Assembly (NCBI GenBank): GCA_021813645.1
Contig: JAKAJW010000158.1
Span: forward strand, 1 to 57,510
DNA: 57,510 bases
Direction: 5' to 3'
Source of the DNA: Pseudomonadota bacterium
GTDB taxonomy: Bacteria > Pseudomonadota > Alphaproteobacteria > Rhodobacterales > Rhodobacteraceae
Shown: piece by piece, positions 18,031 through 28,568 of the stretch
How the letters are laid out: each line of letters begins with the position of its first letter
Position numbering within the stretch: position 1 is the stretch's first letter
Program-made: the position numbers and the translations under genes
Notes under the pieces: generated by a model
What the model was told of the DNA's origin: nothing
What the model saw: the letters and a program-made list of their open reading frames with translations, nothing else
The model's database searches: none

Positions 18031-19023
18031 ATGACCGACTATCTCATCACGAACAGCGCCGCCTTCCTCGGCGGGACCGAGGACGCCTCGGTCGCCGGCA
18101 GCTTCGACCCGGCCTGGGCCGATCATGCACTCCGCTTCGGGCCCTCGGACGAGGCCGCGATCACCCTGCCGGCGATCAACGCGGTCTGGATCCACGCCGA
18201 CTGCTTCTACGACGACTTCGACACCACGTCGGCGGGCGACGGATACATGTGGACGGTCTCGGTCGCCAATGCCGACATCGCCACGGTCGATCTCCTCAAC
18301 GGGCTCAAGACCTTCAACTACACCACCCTCTACGGCACCAGCGCCACGACGAAGGGGGCACCGGCCGACGGCATCCCCAATGCCACGCTCTTCACCCTCG
18401 ATGTCCATGTCGAGACCGGCGCCGCGGTCAACGGCAATATCGACGACTACCGCGTGACCTTCTACGTGGGTGGCACGCTGCTCGGCCAGGTCGTCAGCAA
18501 GTGCGATCAGGTCAACGGCGCGCCCCCGGTGAAGTTCGCCTTCGGCGGCGCGAACTTCCTCGATGGGAACGGCCGCTTCTTCCTCTCGAACGTGCTCGTC
18601 TCGGACGCCGACACCCGCGGCCGCCGCTTCCGCATCCTGCGCCCCGCCGGGCCCGGGGCCGAGGCCACCGCCGTCGGCGGCCATGCCGAACTGGGCGATG
18701 CCGATCTCGCCACCTTCGCCTATGCCCGCGCCGCCGGCCAGGCGGTGACCTCGACGCTCGCGCCGGGCGCCGCCATGCCGGGCACCATCGGCCGAGTGGT
18801 GCTGCGGAGCTACGCGCGCAACGCCGTGGCGAACCCGGTGCCGGCGCAGATCGTGAACCGGTTGCGGATCGGGGGCACCGACTACGACGCCGCCCCGCAG
18901 GCGCCGACCGGCCAGAGCATCGAGGGGCTCGAAAGCGCCTGGGACCTCAACCCCGCCACCGGACTGCCCTGGACCTGGGACGATCTCGCGACGCTCGAGA
19001 TCGGCTTTGCCGGCAGCGCCTGA
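18031..19023 (+). CDS. putative receptor-binding virion protein (beta-sandwich/lectin-like)
   Basis: 330 aa, beta-rich; C-terminal NPATGLPWT...LEIG motif; last gene of the tail module. Confidence 0.65.
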   Translation: MTDYLITNSAAFLGGTEDASVAGSFDPAWADHALRFGPSDEAAITLPAINAVWIHADCFYDDFDTTSAGDGYMWTVSVANADIATVDLLNGLKTFNYTTLYGTSATTKGAPADGIPNATLFTLDVHVETGAAVNGNIDDYRVTFYVGGTLLGQVVSKCDQVNGAPPVKFAFGGANFLDGNGRFFLSNVLVSDADTRGRRFRILRPAGPGAEATAVGGHAELGDADLATFAYARAAGQAVTSTLAPGAAMPGTIGRVVLRSYARNAVANPVPAQIVNRLRIGGTDYDAAPQAPTGQSIEGLESAWDLNPATGLPWTWDDLATLEIGFAGSA

Positions 19024-19079
19024 GGCGCCGGGCCGTCCCACCCATCCGACATCACCCCAACCGACGGCAGGAGGCCGCC

Positions 19080-19415
19080 ATGACACTTCTGAACGGAGAG
19101 CCGGGAGGCATCTTACTTGGCCGCAGCCTGGCCTGGACCATCGTGGTCGGGCTGGTCACGGGCGGCATCTGGGTCGGCACCACCGTGACCCGGCTCGACC
19201 AGACCACGCAGGAACTGCGCGCCACCCTCGCCGCAATGGAACGGGCCAACGCGCAGGTCGATGCCGATCAGGGCGTCGAGATCCGCGCCCAGTCCGACCG
19301 GCTGCGCGCGCTCGAGATCACCGGCGCCTCGACCCGCTCGACGCTGGAAGGCATGGCCGCCGATCTCCGCGACATCAAGGCCACGCTCGGCGATCTCGCC
19401 AAGGGGAGGAACTGA
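19080..19415 (+). CDS. single-TM plus coiled-coil lysis-region protein (holin/antiholin-like)
   Basis: AGGAGG RBS; 111 aa with TM segment LAWTIVVGLVTGGIWVG; immediately before the endolysin. Confidence 0.6.
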   Translation: MTLLNGEPGGILLGRSLAWTIVVGLVTGGIWVGTTVTRLDQTTQELRATLAAMERANAQVDADQGVEIRAQSDRLRALEITGASTRSTLEGMAADLRDIKATLGDLAKGRN

Positions 19416-19416
19416 G

Positions 19417-20160
19417 ATGGAGGCGAACCGTGCCGCCTGCATGGCCTTCGTCCTGCACGAAGAAGGCGGCTATGTGAACGACCCGCGCGATCCGGGTGGC
19501 GAGACGAAGTTCGGCATCTCGAAGCGCAGCCACCCGGGCCTCGACATCAGGGCACTGACCGAGGCGGACGCCATCGCGCTCTACACCGCAAACGAGTGGC
19601 GGGCGCTGGCCTGTTCCGACCTCCCCGCCGGCCTCGATATCGTCGCCTTCGACGCTGGGGTGAACAGCGGCGTCACCCGCGGCGCGCGCTGGCTGCAGGG
19701 CGCGCTGAAGGTGCCGGTGGACGGGCGCATCGGGCCGGTGACGCTGGCCGCGGCGCGGTCACAGGCGCCGCTGCCGGTGATCGAAGCGGCCTGTGCCACC
19801 CGCATGTCCTTCCTGCGGGGGCTGCGGACCTTCACGACCTTCGGCCGGGGCTGGACGGCCCGCGTCGCCCGTGTCGAGGCCCGCGCAACGGCGATGGCGG
19901 TGGTGACAACCGGCAGCGATCTTAGGCCGGTGCTTGCGGCGAAAGCCGCAGCCGCCGAGGGCGCCGCCAGAGCCCAGACGACACGCGCCGCCGCCACCCT
20001 CGGCAGCGGCGGCGTCCTCGCAGGCGCCACCCCACTCCCGGATTGGGCTCTCGCGGCGCTCGTCGCGATCATCGCTGTGGCGGCGGTCGCCCTGATCCTC
20101 AAACGACAGCAGCACCGGGCGCGCGCCGCGGCGTTCCGCATCGAAGGAGACCTGACATGA
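19417..20160 (+). CDS. glycoside hydrolase family 108 endolysin
   Basis: EEGGYVNDPRDPGGETKFGIS, FDAGVNSG, DGRIGPVT, FGRGWTARV; hydrophobic C-terminal tail. Confidence 0.92.
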   Translation: MEANRAACMAFVLHEEGGYVNDPRDPGGETKFGISKRSHPGLDIRALTEADAIALYTANEWRALACSDLPAGLDIVAFDAGVNSGVTRGARWLQGALKVPVDGRIGPVTLAAARSQAPLPVIEAACATRMSFLRGLRTFTTFGRGWTARVARVEARATAMAVVTTGSDLRPVLAAKAAAAEGAARAQTTRAAATLGSGGVLAGATPLPDWALAALVAIIAVAAVALILKRQQHRARAAAFRIEGDLT

Positions 20161-20390
20161 AAGCCCTCATCAACCGCCTGCGCGGCTGGCGCACGCTGAT
20201 CCTCGCCACCGTCCTCGGCCTTGCCCCGCTCTGGGACGTCCTGAAGGAAGTCCTGCCGATCCTTGCCACCGACCCGAACCTGCCACGCCTCATCCCCGAG
20301 GCCTGGATGCCGGCCTATTCGCTGGCGGTCACGCTCGTGATGATCTGGATGCGGCTCATCACCACCACCCCGGCAGGGAGGCGGCCGTGA
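20157..20390 (+). CDS. putative holin (2 TM)
   Basis: 77 aa, LRGWRTLI...MRLITTTPAG; ATGA overlap with the endolysin. Confidence 0.65.
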   Translation: MKALINRLRGWRTLILATVLGLAPLWDVLKEVLPILATDPNLPRLIPEAWMPAYSLAVTLVMIWMRLITTTPAGRRP

Positions 20391-20632
20391 TCGGGTGGGT
20401 CCTCGGGACGCGGTTCGGACGGAAGGCGCTCGGCCTGATCCTCGCCGCCGCAACCACCCTGCTGTTCCTGTTCAACCTGCGCCGGGCTGGCGAACGCGCC
20501 GGACGTGCGGCCGAGCGGCTTGCCACACGGGAGAGAAACGATGCCATCCAGCGCGAGATGCTCGATGCCGCTGCCCGCCGTCCTGCTGATCGGGACGCTC
20601 TGGCTGAACGGCTGCGCGACGGCCGGTTCTGA
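20387..20632 (+). CDS. putative inner-membrane spanin (Rz-like)
   Basis: N-terminal TM followed by a charged helix; its 3' part overlaps a lipoprotein gene. Confidence 0.68.
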   Translation: MIGWVLGTRFGRKALGLILAAATTLLFLFNLRRAGERAGRAAERLATRERNDAIQREMLDAAARRPADRDALAERLRDGRF

Positions 20633-20786
20633 GGCCGCCATCGCCTGCCCACCCGTCGTCACCTACAGCCGCGCCGATCAGACACGCGCGGTCGACGAGA
20701 TCGCCGCGTTGCCGGACGGCGCGATGATCCTCCGGATGCTCAGCGACTACGCCGTCCTGCGCGACCAGGCGCGGGCGTGCCGGTGA
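20541..20786 (+). CDS. putative outer-membrane lipoprotein spanin (Rz1-like)
   Basis: GGGAGAG RBS; signal VLLIGTLWLNG|C lipobox; CPPVVTY...DYAVLRDQARAC. Confidence 0.72.
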   Translation: MPSSARCSMPLPAVLLIGTLWLNGCATAGSEAAIACPPVVTYSRADQTRAVDEIAALPDGAMILRMLSDYAVLRDQARACR

Positions 20787-20958
20787 CATCCGGGCCGGGC
20801 GATAGCCTCACGGGAAGCGCGGAACGCCTCGACCGCGGCGCAGCGCCCGGCCCGGGTCATGGATTCACGATGTCAAGACGCAGGACAGAGTCGCTGCCAG
20901 CACATGGTGGCGGGTACGGCCAGGCCCGTCTCGCATGGCGGCGGGCACAATTGTGCAC

Positions 20959-21456
20959 CTCTCGGTCTCTGCCGACGGCAGCACCTTCTTCGACGGGCTG
21001 AGCGTCGACAACGCCAGTGGCATCTTCGATCAGCCGCGGCTCCCACGGTTCAAGGGATACACCAACTGCGACAACCATGTCGGCGTCGGAACCTGGACGA
21101 AGATCGGCCTCAACAACACCGATTACGACGATCAGGGCGCGTTCGACGCCGCGAACAACCGTTTCGTGGCCCAGGTCGACGGCACCTGTCTCTTTGGCGA
21201 CACGCTGCTCTACAAGGTAAATGCCAGCACCACGGCAAGGATGCGCGGGCGCCTCGTGCCGAAAGGAGCCAGGGAAATCCGCGGCTTCCTCGGTGAAATC
21301 TCCGCCCCCCACGACTCGCTCGCCATCGCGATCTGGCTGCAGACCATGGTCCCGCTGACCGCGGGCGATACCGTCGAGCGGCAGGATTATTGCCGGGTCG
21401 CGGACGGGTATTTCGCGGCCGATTACACGGCATTCCGGGACTGCAAGGTCGGCCGA
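20959..21456 (+). pseudogene. relic C-terminal half (C1q-like) of a DUF2793 tail-fibre gene
   Basis: LSVSADGSTFFDGL...LPRFKGYTN...WTKIG.NNTDY.DQGAFDAANNRFVA...LTAGDTVE; N-terminus missing; CGA at 21454 where a stop is expected. Confidence 0.72.
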
Positions 21457-21503
21457 GCGACAATTCCCATCACGAAAAAAGCTCTTCGCGCTGCTGCTCC
21501 CTC

Positions 21504-22805
<1,302 letters not shown>

Positions 22806-22820
22806 GGTATCGTCTCTCCT

Positions 22821-24550
22821 TCAGGTCAGCCGGAACTTGCGTTCGGCGTAATAGTAGAGCGGGCGCCAGAACAGGCGATTCAGGATCACGACAAAGCCGC
22901 TCATCACGGCGATGCCCAGAACGATGCGCGGGAAATCCCCGGCCTGCGTCGCGTCGGCGATATAGGCGCCCAGACCATGGGCGCGCAGCGTGGTGTCGCC
23001 CCAGCTCGCCACCTCGGCAACGATTGCGGCGTTCCACGACCCGCCCGAGGCGGTGATGGCCCCGGTCATGTAGAAGGGAAACACCGCCGGCAGGGCGATC
23101 CTGCGCCACCACAGCCAGCCGCGGACTCGCAGGCTGGTGCCGATGTCGCTCAGCTCTGTGGGCAGCGTAGAGGCCCCGGCGATGACGTTGAACAGGATGT
23201 ACCATTGCGTCCCCAGCACCATCAGTGGGCTGAGCCAGACGTCGGGATCGAGCCGCAGCGCGACGATGGCAGAGACCGCCAGCGGAAACAGCAGGTTTGC
23301 CGGAAACGAGGCGAGGAACTGCACGATGGGCTGGGCGATCTGCGCGGCGCGCGGGCGCATCCCGATCCAGACGCCGACGGGCACCCAGACAAGGCTAGCA
23401 AGCGCGATCAGCACCATCACGCGGATCAGCGTGAGCCCCCCAGAAGAACCGGCTGAAGAACATCGGCCAGTGTCAGGGTCGTGCTGAGAAAGCGGCCGAT
23501 GGCCCAGAGGCCCGCCAGCGATGCCAGCAGCACCGCGCCCTGCCAGAGGCGGTCAACGGCGGTGGCGCGGCGTGCCTCGCCCGGGGGGGCGGGCATCCGT
23601 TCCCGCCCTTTGGGCGCAAACCGGTAGCCCAGCGACCACAGATCCGCGACCGGACGGGATGCTACCTCGACCACCCGCGAGCGGCGCAGCATGGTCAGCA
23701 CCCAGGAGGTCGGCTGCGACACCTCGCTTTCCTGCACAAAGCGGAAGCGGTCGGCCCAGGCGATGAGCGGGCGGAACAGGAACTGGTCGAAGATCAGGAT
23801 GACCGCCATCATCGCCAGCACGGCAAGGCCGATGGCCGGCAGATCGCGCTGTTCGATCGCGAGCGCGATCCACGAGCCGACGCCCGGCAAGGCGACGGTC
23901 GTATCGCCGACGCTGATCGCCTCGGAGGCGACCACGAAGAACCAGCCGCCCGCCATCGACATCATCATGTTCCAGATCAGCGCGGGCATCGCGAAGGGCA
24001 CCTCGAGCTTCCAGAAGCGCATCCAGGGGCCAAGGCGCAGCGAATAGCTGGCCTCGGTCAGGTCCAAGGGCACGGTGCGCAGCGACTGGTAGAAGCTGAA
24101 GGCCATGTTCCACGCCTGGCTTGTGAAGATGGCGAAGATCGCCGCAAATTCCGCGCCTAGCGTGCGTCCGGGCGTCAGCGACAGGAAGAACGTGACCGTG
24201 ACCGAGATGAAGCCGAGAATGGGCACCGATTGCAGCGTATCGAGAAGCGGGATGAGTATCGCCTCCGCCCGCCGGCTCTTGGCGGCGAGGGTGGCATAGG
24301 TCAGGGTGAACAGAAGCGACAGCGCCATCGCTGCCAGCATCCTGAGCGCCGTGCGCAGGGCATAGCCAGGCAAGGCAGCCGGATCGAGCGTGACGGCCTC
24401 CCCGGCCGCGGGCAGCGGTGCCACGATGCCGCGCCATGCGGTCGCAAGAAGAACCAGGGTGGCAAGCACCACTACGATGGCCGCCGCGTCCCACGGACCG
24501 AAGCGCGCGGATTGGCGTTTGATCGAGGTTGGAAGGGCGCCTGGGTTCAT
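22821..24550 (-). pseudogene. ABC anion transporter duplicated permease (COG4986-like), split by a 1-nt frameshift
   Basis: ORFs 23426-24550 and 22821-23420 join (LLGGLTLIRVMVLIAL) if the C6 run at 23436-23441 is C7. May be a sequencing error. Confidence 0.82.
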
Positions 24551-25017
24551 GCGGCCGACCTCCCGGCTGCATCCGTCGCGGGCACTTGTCGAACCTGATG
24601 GGCGAAGAGAGCGCGCATCCCCGAACCTCCGTTGACCCGGATCGGGCCCGGAGGTGATCCGGAGGCCGATCAGTCGTGTTGAATGTTAGATCGACTGTCG
24701 TCGGACATGATGACCTGATTGACCTCGGTCGCGGCGGCGTGCCGCGGCTCTGGATAGGCCGGGCTGGACACCGTGTCATCAGGAGATCGCGCGGTATCAG
24801 CCACGATCACGCAATCGCGAGCAAAGATATCAGCTTGCCAGAGGTTTCCATTTCGGCAATACGCGGTGGATATGTTGCACCGAACTCAACCGCCCCGCCA
24901 CGATCTGCGCACCGTCTCGGGCGAGACCGGCGTGATGCACCCGGGGACGGCCGGGCGTTCGGGGACAATCCCCCGAACGCTGCCGATCGAGAGGGATGCG
25001 GGCAGGACGACGACCCG

Positions 25018-25824
25018 ATGATTCGGCCCGCGGGCCTTGCCCTGGCGGGGCTCTGGGGCGCCGTGATCGGCGCGCTCGGCGGTCTCATCGGCCTCGGCGG
25101 GGCGGAGTTCCGGCTGCCGGTCCTGGTCAGTGTCTTCCGCTTTGCCACGCTGGAAGCGATCATCCTGAACAAGGCGATGAGCCTGGTCACCGTCGCGGCC
25201 GCGCTGCCGTTTCGCGCCGGAACCGTGCCCTTCGGTGTGATCGCCGATCACTGGCCTGTCATCGTGAACCTGCTCGCTGGCAGCCTGCTCGGAGCCTGGG
25301 CCGGGGCGAGTTGGGCCACACGGCTGAGGGTCCGCGCGCTGGACCGCGTCATCGCCATCCTGCTGATCGCCATCGCGGCCGTCCTGGTGTTCGGTCACGG
25401 CCACGAGGGCGCCGGCGCCCTTGTCGGGGCCGGACCCGCCCGGATCTTCCTTGGGGTCGGGGCGGGCTTCGTCATCGGCATCGTGGCGGCGCTTCTCGGC
25501 GTAGCGGGCGGCGAGCTCCTGATCCCGACACTGGTCATCCTTTTCGGCGCGGACATCAAGCTGGCGGGCAGCCTCTCGCTCGCCATCAGCCTGCCGACCA
25601 TGCTCACTGCCTTCGCGCGCTACAGCCGGGACGGCAGTTTCGCGGTGCTCGGCCGCAACCGGGGCTTCGTTCTGGTCATGGCCGCGGGCTCGGTTCTCGG
25701 CGCCTTCATCGGTGGCCGGCTTCTCGGGATCGTCCCCGAGGCCGTGCTGTTGCCCGCGCTGGCGGCTATTCTGGCCACGTCGGCGCTGCATATGCTCAGA
25801 CGCAAGGGGAACGGTCCTGCATGA
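25018..25824 (+). CDS. sulfite exporter TauE/SafE family membrane protein
   Basis: Two repeats GGLIGLGGAEFRLP and LLGVAGGELLIP; 268 aa, hydrophobic. Confidence 0.88.
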   Translation: MIRPAGLALAGLWGAVIGALGGLIGLGGAEFRLPVLVSVFRFATLEAIILNKAMSLVTVAAALPFRAGTVPFGVIADHWPVIVNLLAGSLLGAWAGASWATRLRVRALDRVIAILLIAIAAVLVFGHGHEGAGALVGAGPARIFLGVGAGFVIGIVAALLGVAGGELLIPTLVILFGADIKLAGSLSLAISLPTMLTAFARYSRDGSFAVLGRNRGFVLVMAAGSVLGAFIGGRLLGIVPEAVLLPALAAILATSALHMLRRKGNGPA

Positions 25825-25918
25825 GATGCGTCAGGCACTGGCAGCCGTTGGTCTGCTCCGAATTCCCGCACGCCCGATCAGGATTTGACTGGCGTTCACG
25901 TTCGAGTAGCGTGACCGC

Positions 25919-26242
25919 ATGGCCCTTCTGATCTTCCTCGCCGCCGCTCTTGCGGAGATCGCCGGATGCTTCGCCTTCTGGGCGTGGGCGCGCTCGGGCC
26001 AGTCCGTTCTCTGGCTCGGCCCCGGTGTTGCCTGTCTCGTCCTCTTCGCCTGGCTTCTGACGCTCTGCCCCACGGCCTTCGCCGGGCGCGCCTACGTCGT
26101 CTATGGCGGCATCTACATCGTCGCCTCGCTCGGCTGGCTCTGGGCGGTCGAGGGACAGCGGCCGGATGGCTGGGATATGGTCGGCGTGGCACTCTGTCTC
26201 GCGGGCGCCGCCCTGATGCTTTGGGCCCCGCGGGGCGCCTGA
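25919..26242 (+). CDS. ynfA: YnfA/UPF0060 small membrane protein (SMR-like)
   Basis: [13 protein letters not shown]...AGRAY..YGGIYI..SL.WLW.VEG.RPD.WD. Confidence 0.9.
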   Translation: MALLIFLAAALAEIAGCFAFWAWARSGQSVLWLGPGVACLVLFAWLLTLCPTAFAGRAYVVYGGIYIVASLGWLWAVEGQRPDGWDMVGVALCLAGAALMLWAPRGA

Positions 26243-26347
26243 GCGCCGACAGTCACCCCCTGACACGTCAGAAGCGTCGGCGCGACCTGGTGCACGGCAC
26301 CGGATCGCGCTACGAAGCGCTGCGTGACGCCGAGATTGGGAACGCCA

Positions 26348-26376
26348 TTGCAATGTTACCACCGTAACAATATTAT
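26348..26376 (+). promoter_or_regulatory. sigma70-like promoter with an operator palindrome in the spacer; probably a leaderless transcript
   Basis: TTGCAA-N17-TATTAT; TGTTAC-cacc-GTAACA at 26354-26369; ATG 7 nt after the -10 box and no Shine-Dalgarno. Confidence 0.75.
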
Positions 26377-26383
26377 TGTCCTC

Positions 26384-26935
26384 ATGAGTGACATTCACTG
26401 GCTCCTCCTGACCTACAAGGTCCCCCCCGAGCCCGCGTCGAAGCGGGTCTCGATCTGGCGCAAGCTGAAGGGGATGGGCGCGGTCTATCTCCAGAACGGC
26501 GTCTGCCTGCTGCCGAAGACTGACGACCACGTGCGCCGGCTGAAGATGCTGGAAAATGACGTCGGCGGGGCGGCGGGTGAAAGCGTCATCCTGGAGACGG
26601 TCGGGCTCGACGCGATGCAGGAAGAGAAGGTGGTCGCGCGGTTCAAGGCCGACCGCGACGCCGCCTACGAGGAGTTCATCGACAAGTGCGACGACTTCGA
26701 GCGCGAGGTCGCCAAGGAGATCGCCGCCAACCACTACACCTATGCCGAGCTCGAAGAGAACGACGTCGATCTGAAGAAGCTGCAGGGCTGGCTCGCCAAG
26801 ATCCGCAAGCTCGACTTCTACGGCGGCACGCGGGCCGGCGAGGCCGAAGAACGGCTGAAGGGGTGCGAAGCCGTGCTCGACGATTACGCGCGCCGGGTGT
26901 TCGACGCCCACGAGGAGAACGGGGGAGCGTCATGA
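26384..26935 (+). CDS. ChrB N-terminal-domain (PaaX-like) putative regulator
   Basis: 183 aa, WLLLTYKVPPEP...RV.IWRKLKGMGAVYLQNGVCLLP...F...R...YEE; no chrA nearby. Confidence 0.82.
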   Translation: MSDIHWLLLTYKVPPEPASKRVSIWRKLKGMGAVYLQNGVCLLPKTDDHVRRLKMLENDVGGAAGESVILETVGLDAMQEEKVVARFKADRDAAYEEFIDKCDDFEREVAKEIAANHYTYAELEENDVDLKKLQGWLAKIRKLDFYGGTRAGEAEERLKGCEAVLDDYARRVFDAHEENGGAS

Positions 26936-27141
26936 GCGCCGTTTTTCAGGAGTTCGCGCCGCGCACCGCCTTCTTCCCGCGCTTACCGCCGGAGGAACTA
27001 ACGGAGGCACAGTCGCGCCTGCTTCTCTGGCTGGACCGGCAGCGTCAGCGGGCGCGCCTGGCAGAGCTCGAAGACTGGCAACTCGATGATATCGGCGTCA
27101 GCCGGTCGGCGGCAGTGACGGAAAGCCGACGCTGGGACTGA
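26932..27141 (+). CDS. DUF1127 small protein
   Basis: RQRQRARLAELEDWQLDDIGVSR motif; ATGA coupling. Confidence 0.85.
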   Translation: MSAVFQEFAPRTAFFPRLPPEELTEAQSRLLLWLDRQRQRARLAELEDWQLDDIGVSRSAAVTESRRWD

Positions 27142-27172
27142 TCCGGGCGCAGGCAGAAAGGGAGTGTTCGAC

Positions 27173-27922
27173 ATGTTGGCATGGTCCACCGCAGCCCCGG
27201 CGATCGGATCGGCGTTCCTCGCTTCGATCGTCGAGGTGGTCGAGGCGTTCACCATCATCCTCGCGGTCGCGACCCTGCGCGGCTGGCGTCCCGCGGTTCT
27301 CGGGACCGGCGCCGCGCTCGGGCTTCTGGGCGCCATCGTGCTGGCGCTCGGCCCGCTGCTCGACCGCGTGCCGCTGCACCTGCTGCAACTCATCATCGGC
27401 GTGCTGCTGCTGCTGTTCGGCATCGGCTGGCTGCGCAAGGCCTCGCTCCGGGCGGCAGGGGTCATTCCGCTGCATGACGAGGACGCGATCTTCGCCTCGG
27501 AATCCGCCCATCTGTCAGAGGAAGCCCGGCGGAAGAAGACCTCGCTCGACTGGATCGCGGGCATTACCGCCTTCAAGGCGGTCCTTCTTGAAGGGCTGGA
27601 GGTCGTCTTCATCGTCATCGCGGTCGGGGCCGGCAGGGGCCTTTTGTGGCCTGCGAGCCTCGGGGCGCTTGGCGCCTGCGCGCTCGTGCTGATGGTCGGG
27701 GCCTTCGTGCACAAGCCGCTGTCGCAGGTGCCGGAGAACACCTTGAAGTTCGGCGTCGGCGTCATGCTCTCGGCCTTCGGAATGTTCTGGACCGGCGAAG
27801 GGCTCGGCGTCGAATGGCCCGGAGCCGATCTGGCGCTCCTCGTCTTTGCGCTTCTCTTTCTCGGGGCGGGACTGCTTGCCGCCCAGATCGCCCGCACCAT
27901 GCAACCGGAGGCCGCGAAATGA
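27173..27922 (+). CDS. COG4280-type membrane protein (repeated ExxE motifs, putative ion transporter)
   Basis: ASIVEVVEAFTI and AVLLEGLEVVFI repeats; VPENTLKF.VG.MLSAFG.FW.GEG. Confidence 0.82.
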   Translation: MLAWSTAAPAIGSAFLASIVEVVEAFTIILAVATLRGWRPAVLGTGAALGLLGAIVLALGPLLDRVPLHLLQLIIGVLLLLFGIGWLRKASLRAAGVIPLHDEDAIFASESAHLSEEARRKKTSLDWIAGITAFKAVLLEGLEVVFIVIAVGAGRGLLWPASLGALGACALVLMVGAFVHKPLSQVPENTLKFGVGVMLSAFGMFWTGEGLGVEWPGADLALLVFALLFLGAGLLAAQIARTMQPEAAK

Positions 27923-28161
27923 CCATTCTGACGGATGTCCTGTCCGAACTGTTCGGCATGTTCGTGGGCGATGCGCGCCTCTCCGCGGCGATCCTTGTCG
28001 TCGTCGCGGCGGCCGCCGGCACGATTCGGCTGACCGGCGCCTCGCCGCTCGCCGGAGGGGCTTTGCTTCTTCTGGGCTGTCTGGCGGTGATGATCGGCGC
28101 GGTCCTGCGCGCGGCGCGGTTGCGTGCACGGACGGCGCGGGCGGAACGCACACAAGGCTGA
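27919..28161 (+). CDS. small membrane protein
   Basis: 80 aa, ELFGMFVGD plus two TM segments; GGAGG RBS and ATGA coupling. Confidence 0.72.
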   Translation: MTILTDVLSELFGMFVGDARLSAAILVVVAAAAGTIRLTGASPLAGGALLLLGCLAVMIGAVLRAARLRARTARAERTQG

Positions 28162-28163
28162 TC

Positions 28164-28568
28164 GTGGATATTCGTCGCCCGATCCTCTGGGTGGCGCTTG
28201 GCAGCGCCGCGGGCGGGGTCGCCCGGTTCTTCGTCTCTGGCGTCGTCGCGCGCGGCATCGGCGGGACCTTTCCCTGGGGGACGATGGTGGTGAACGTCAC
28301 CGGCGCCTTCGCCATCGGCGTCCTGTCGGCGGCGGCCGGGCGGCATCGGTTCTTCGCCCGGCCGGAGGCCTGGCCGCTTCTTGTCACCGGGTTTCTTGGC
28401 AGTTACACGACCGTGGCGTCCTTCAGCCTGCAAACGCTCGCGCTTGCGCGGGACGGTGAAACCCGGCGGGCCGTGGCCAACCTTCTTTTGACCCTCGCGC
28501 TCGGCCTCGCCGCCGTTGCGGCCGGTGCCTTCGCCGCGCCCTGGCTGCTGCACGGGATCGGCGCATGA
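28164..28568 (+). CDS. crcB: fluoride channel Fluc/CrcB, paired (heterodimer)-type subunit
   Basis: GSAAGGVARF, FPWGTMVVNVTG, TGFLGSYTTVASF. Confidence 0.88.
   Translation: MDIRRPILWVALGSAAGGVARFFVSGVVARGIGGTFPWGTMVVNVTGAFAIGVLSAAAGRHRFFARPEAWPLLVTGFLGSYTTVASFSLQTLALARDGETRRAVANLLLTLALGLAAVAAGAFAAPWLLHGIGA

Larger units (their letters stand above)
186..21456 (+). mobile_element. prophage late region (head, tail, lysis) of a siphovirus; left end outside the window, no integrase or att site seen
   Basis: Colinear + strand order: gpW, portal, protease, decoration, capsid, connector, tail tube, chaperones, tape measure, tail tip, lysis. Confidence 0.92.

Noticed and set aside
15082-19086. 1334-aa minus-strand ORF, and similar long ORFs at 135-1949, 12199-14589, 42369-44576 and 44179-46125
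   Set aside because: Antisense shadows of well-supported genes in high-GC DNA; no recognisable motifs.
186-21456. Gene transfer agent interpretation
   Set aside because: Lambda-type portal, decoration and capsid genes, an 831-aa tape measure and cargo genes fit a prophage rather than an RcGTA-like cluster.
24770-24815. Minus-strand CTGATGACAC resembling a fluoride-riboswitch 3' end upstream of the ABC permease
   Set aside because: No P1 stem or P3 pairing can be drawn.
24955-24980. Perfect 10-bp hairpin GCGTTCGGGG/CCCCGAACGC upstream of the TauE gene
   Set aside because: Single copy, no U tract and no assignable function.
26384-26935. Chromate-resistance operon interpretation of the ChrB-like gene
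   Set aside because: No chrA transporter or superoxide dismutase gene; the downstream genes are fluoride-associated.
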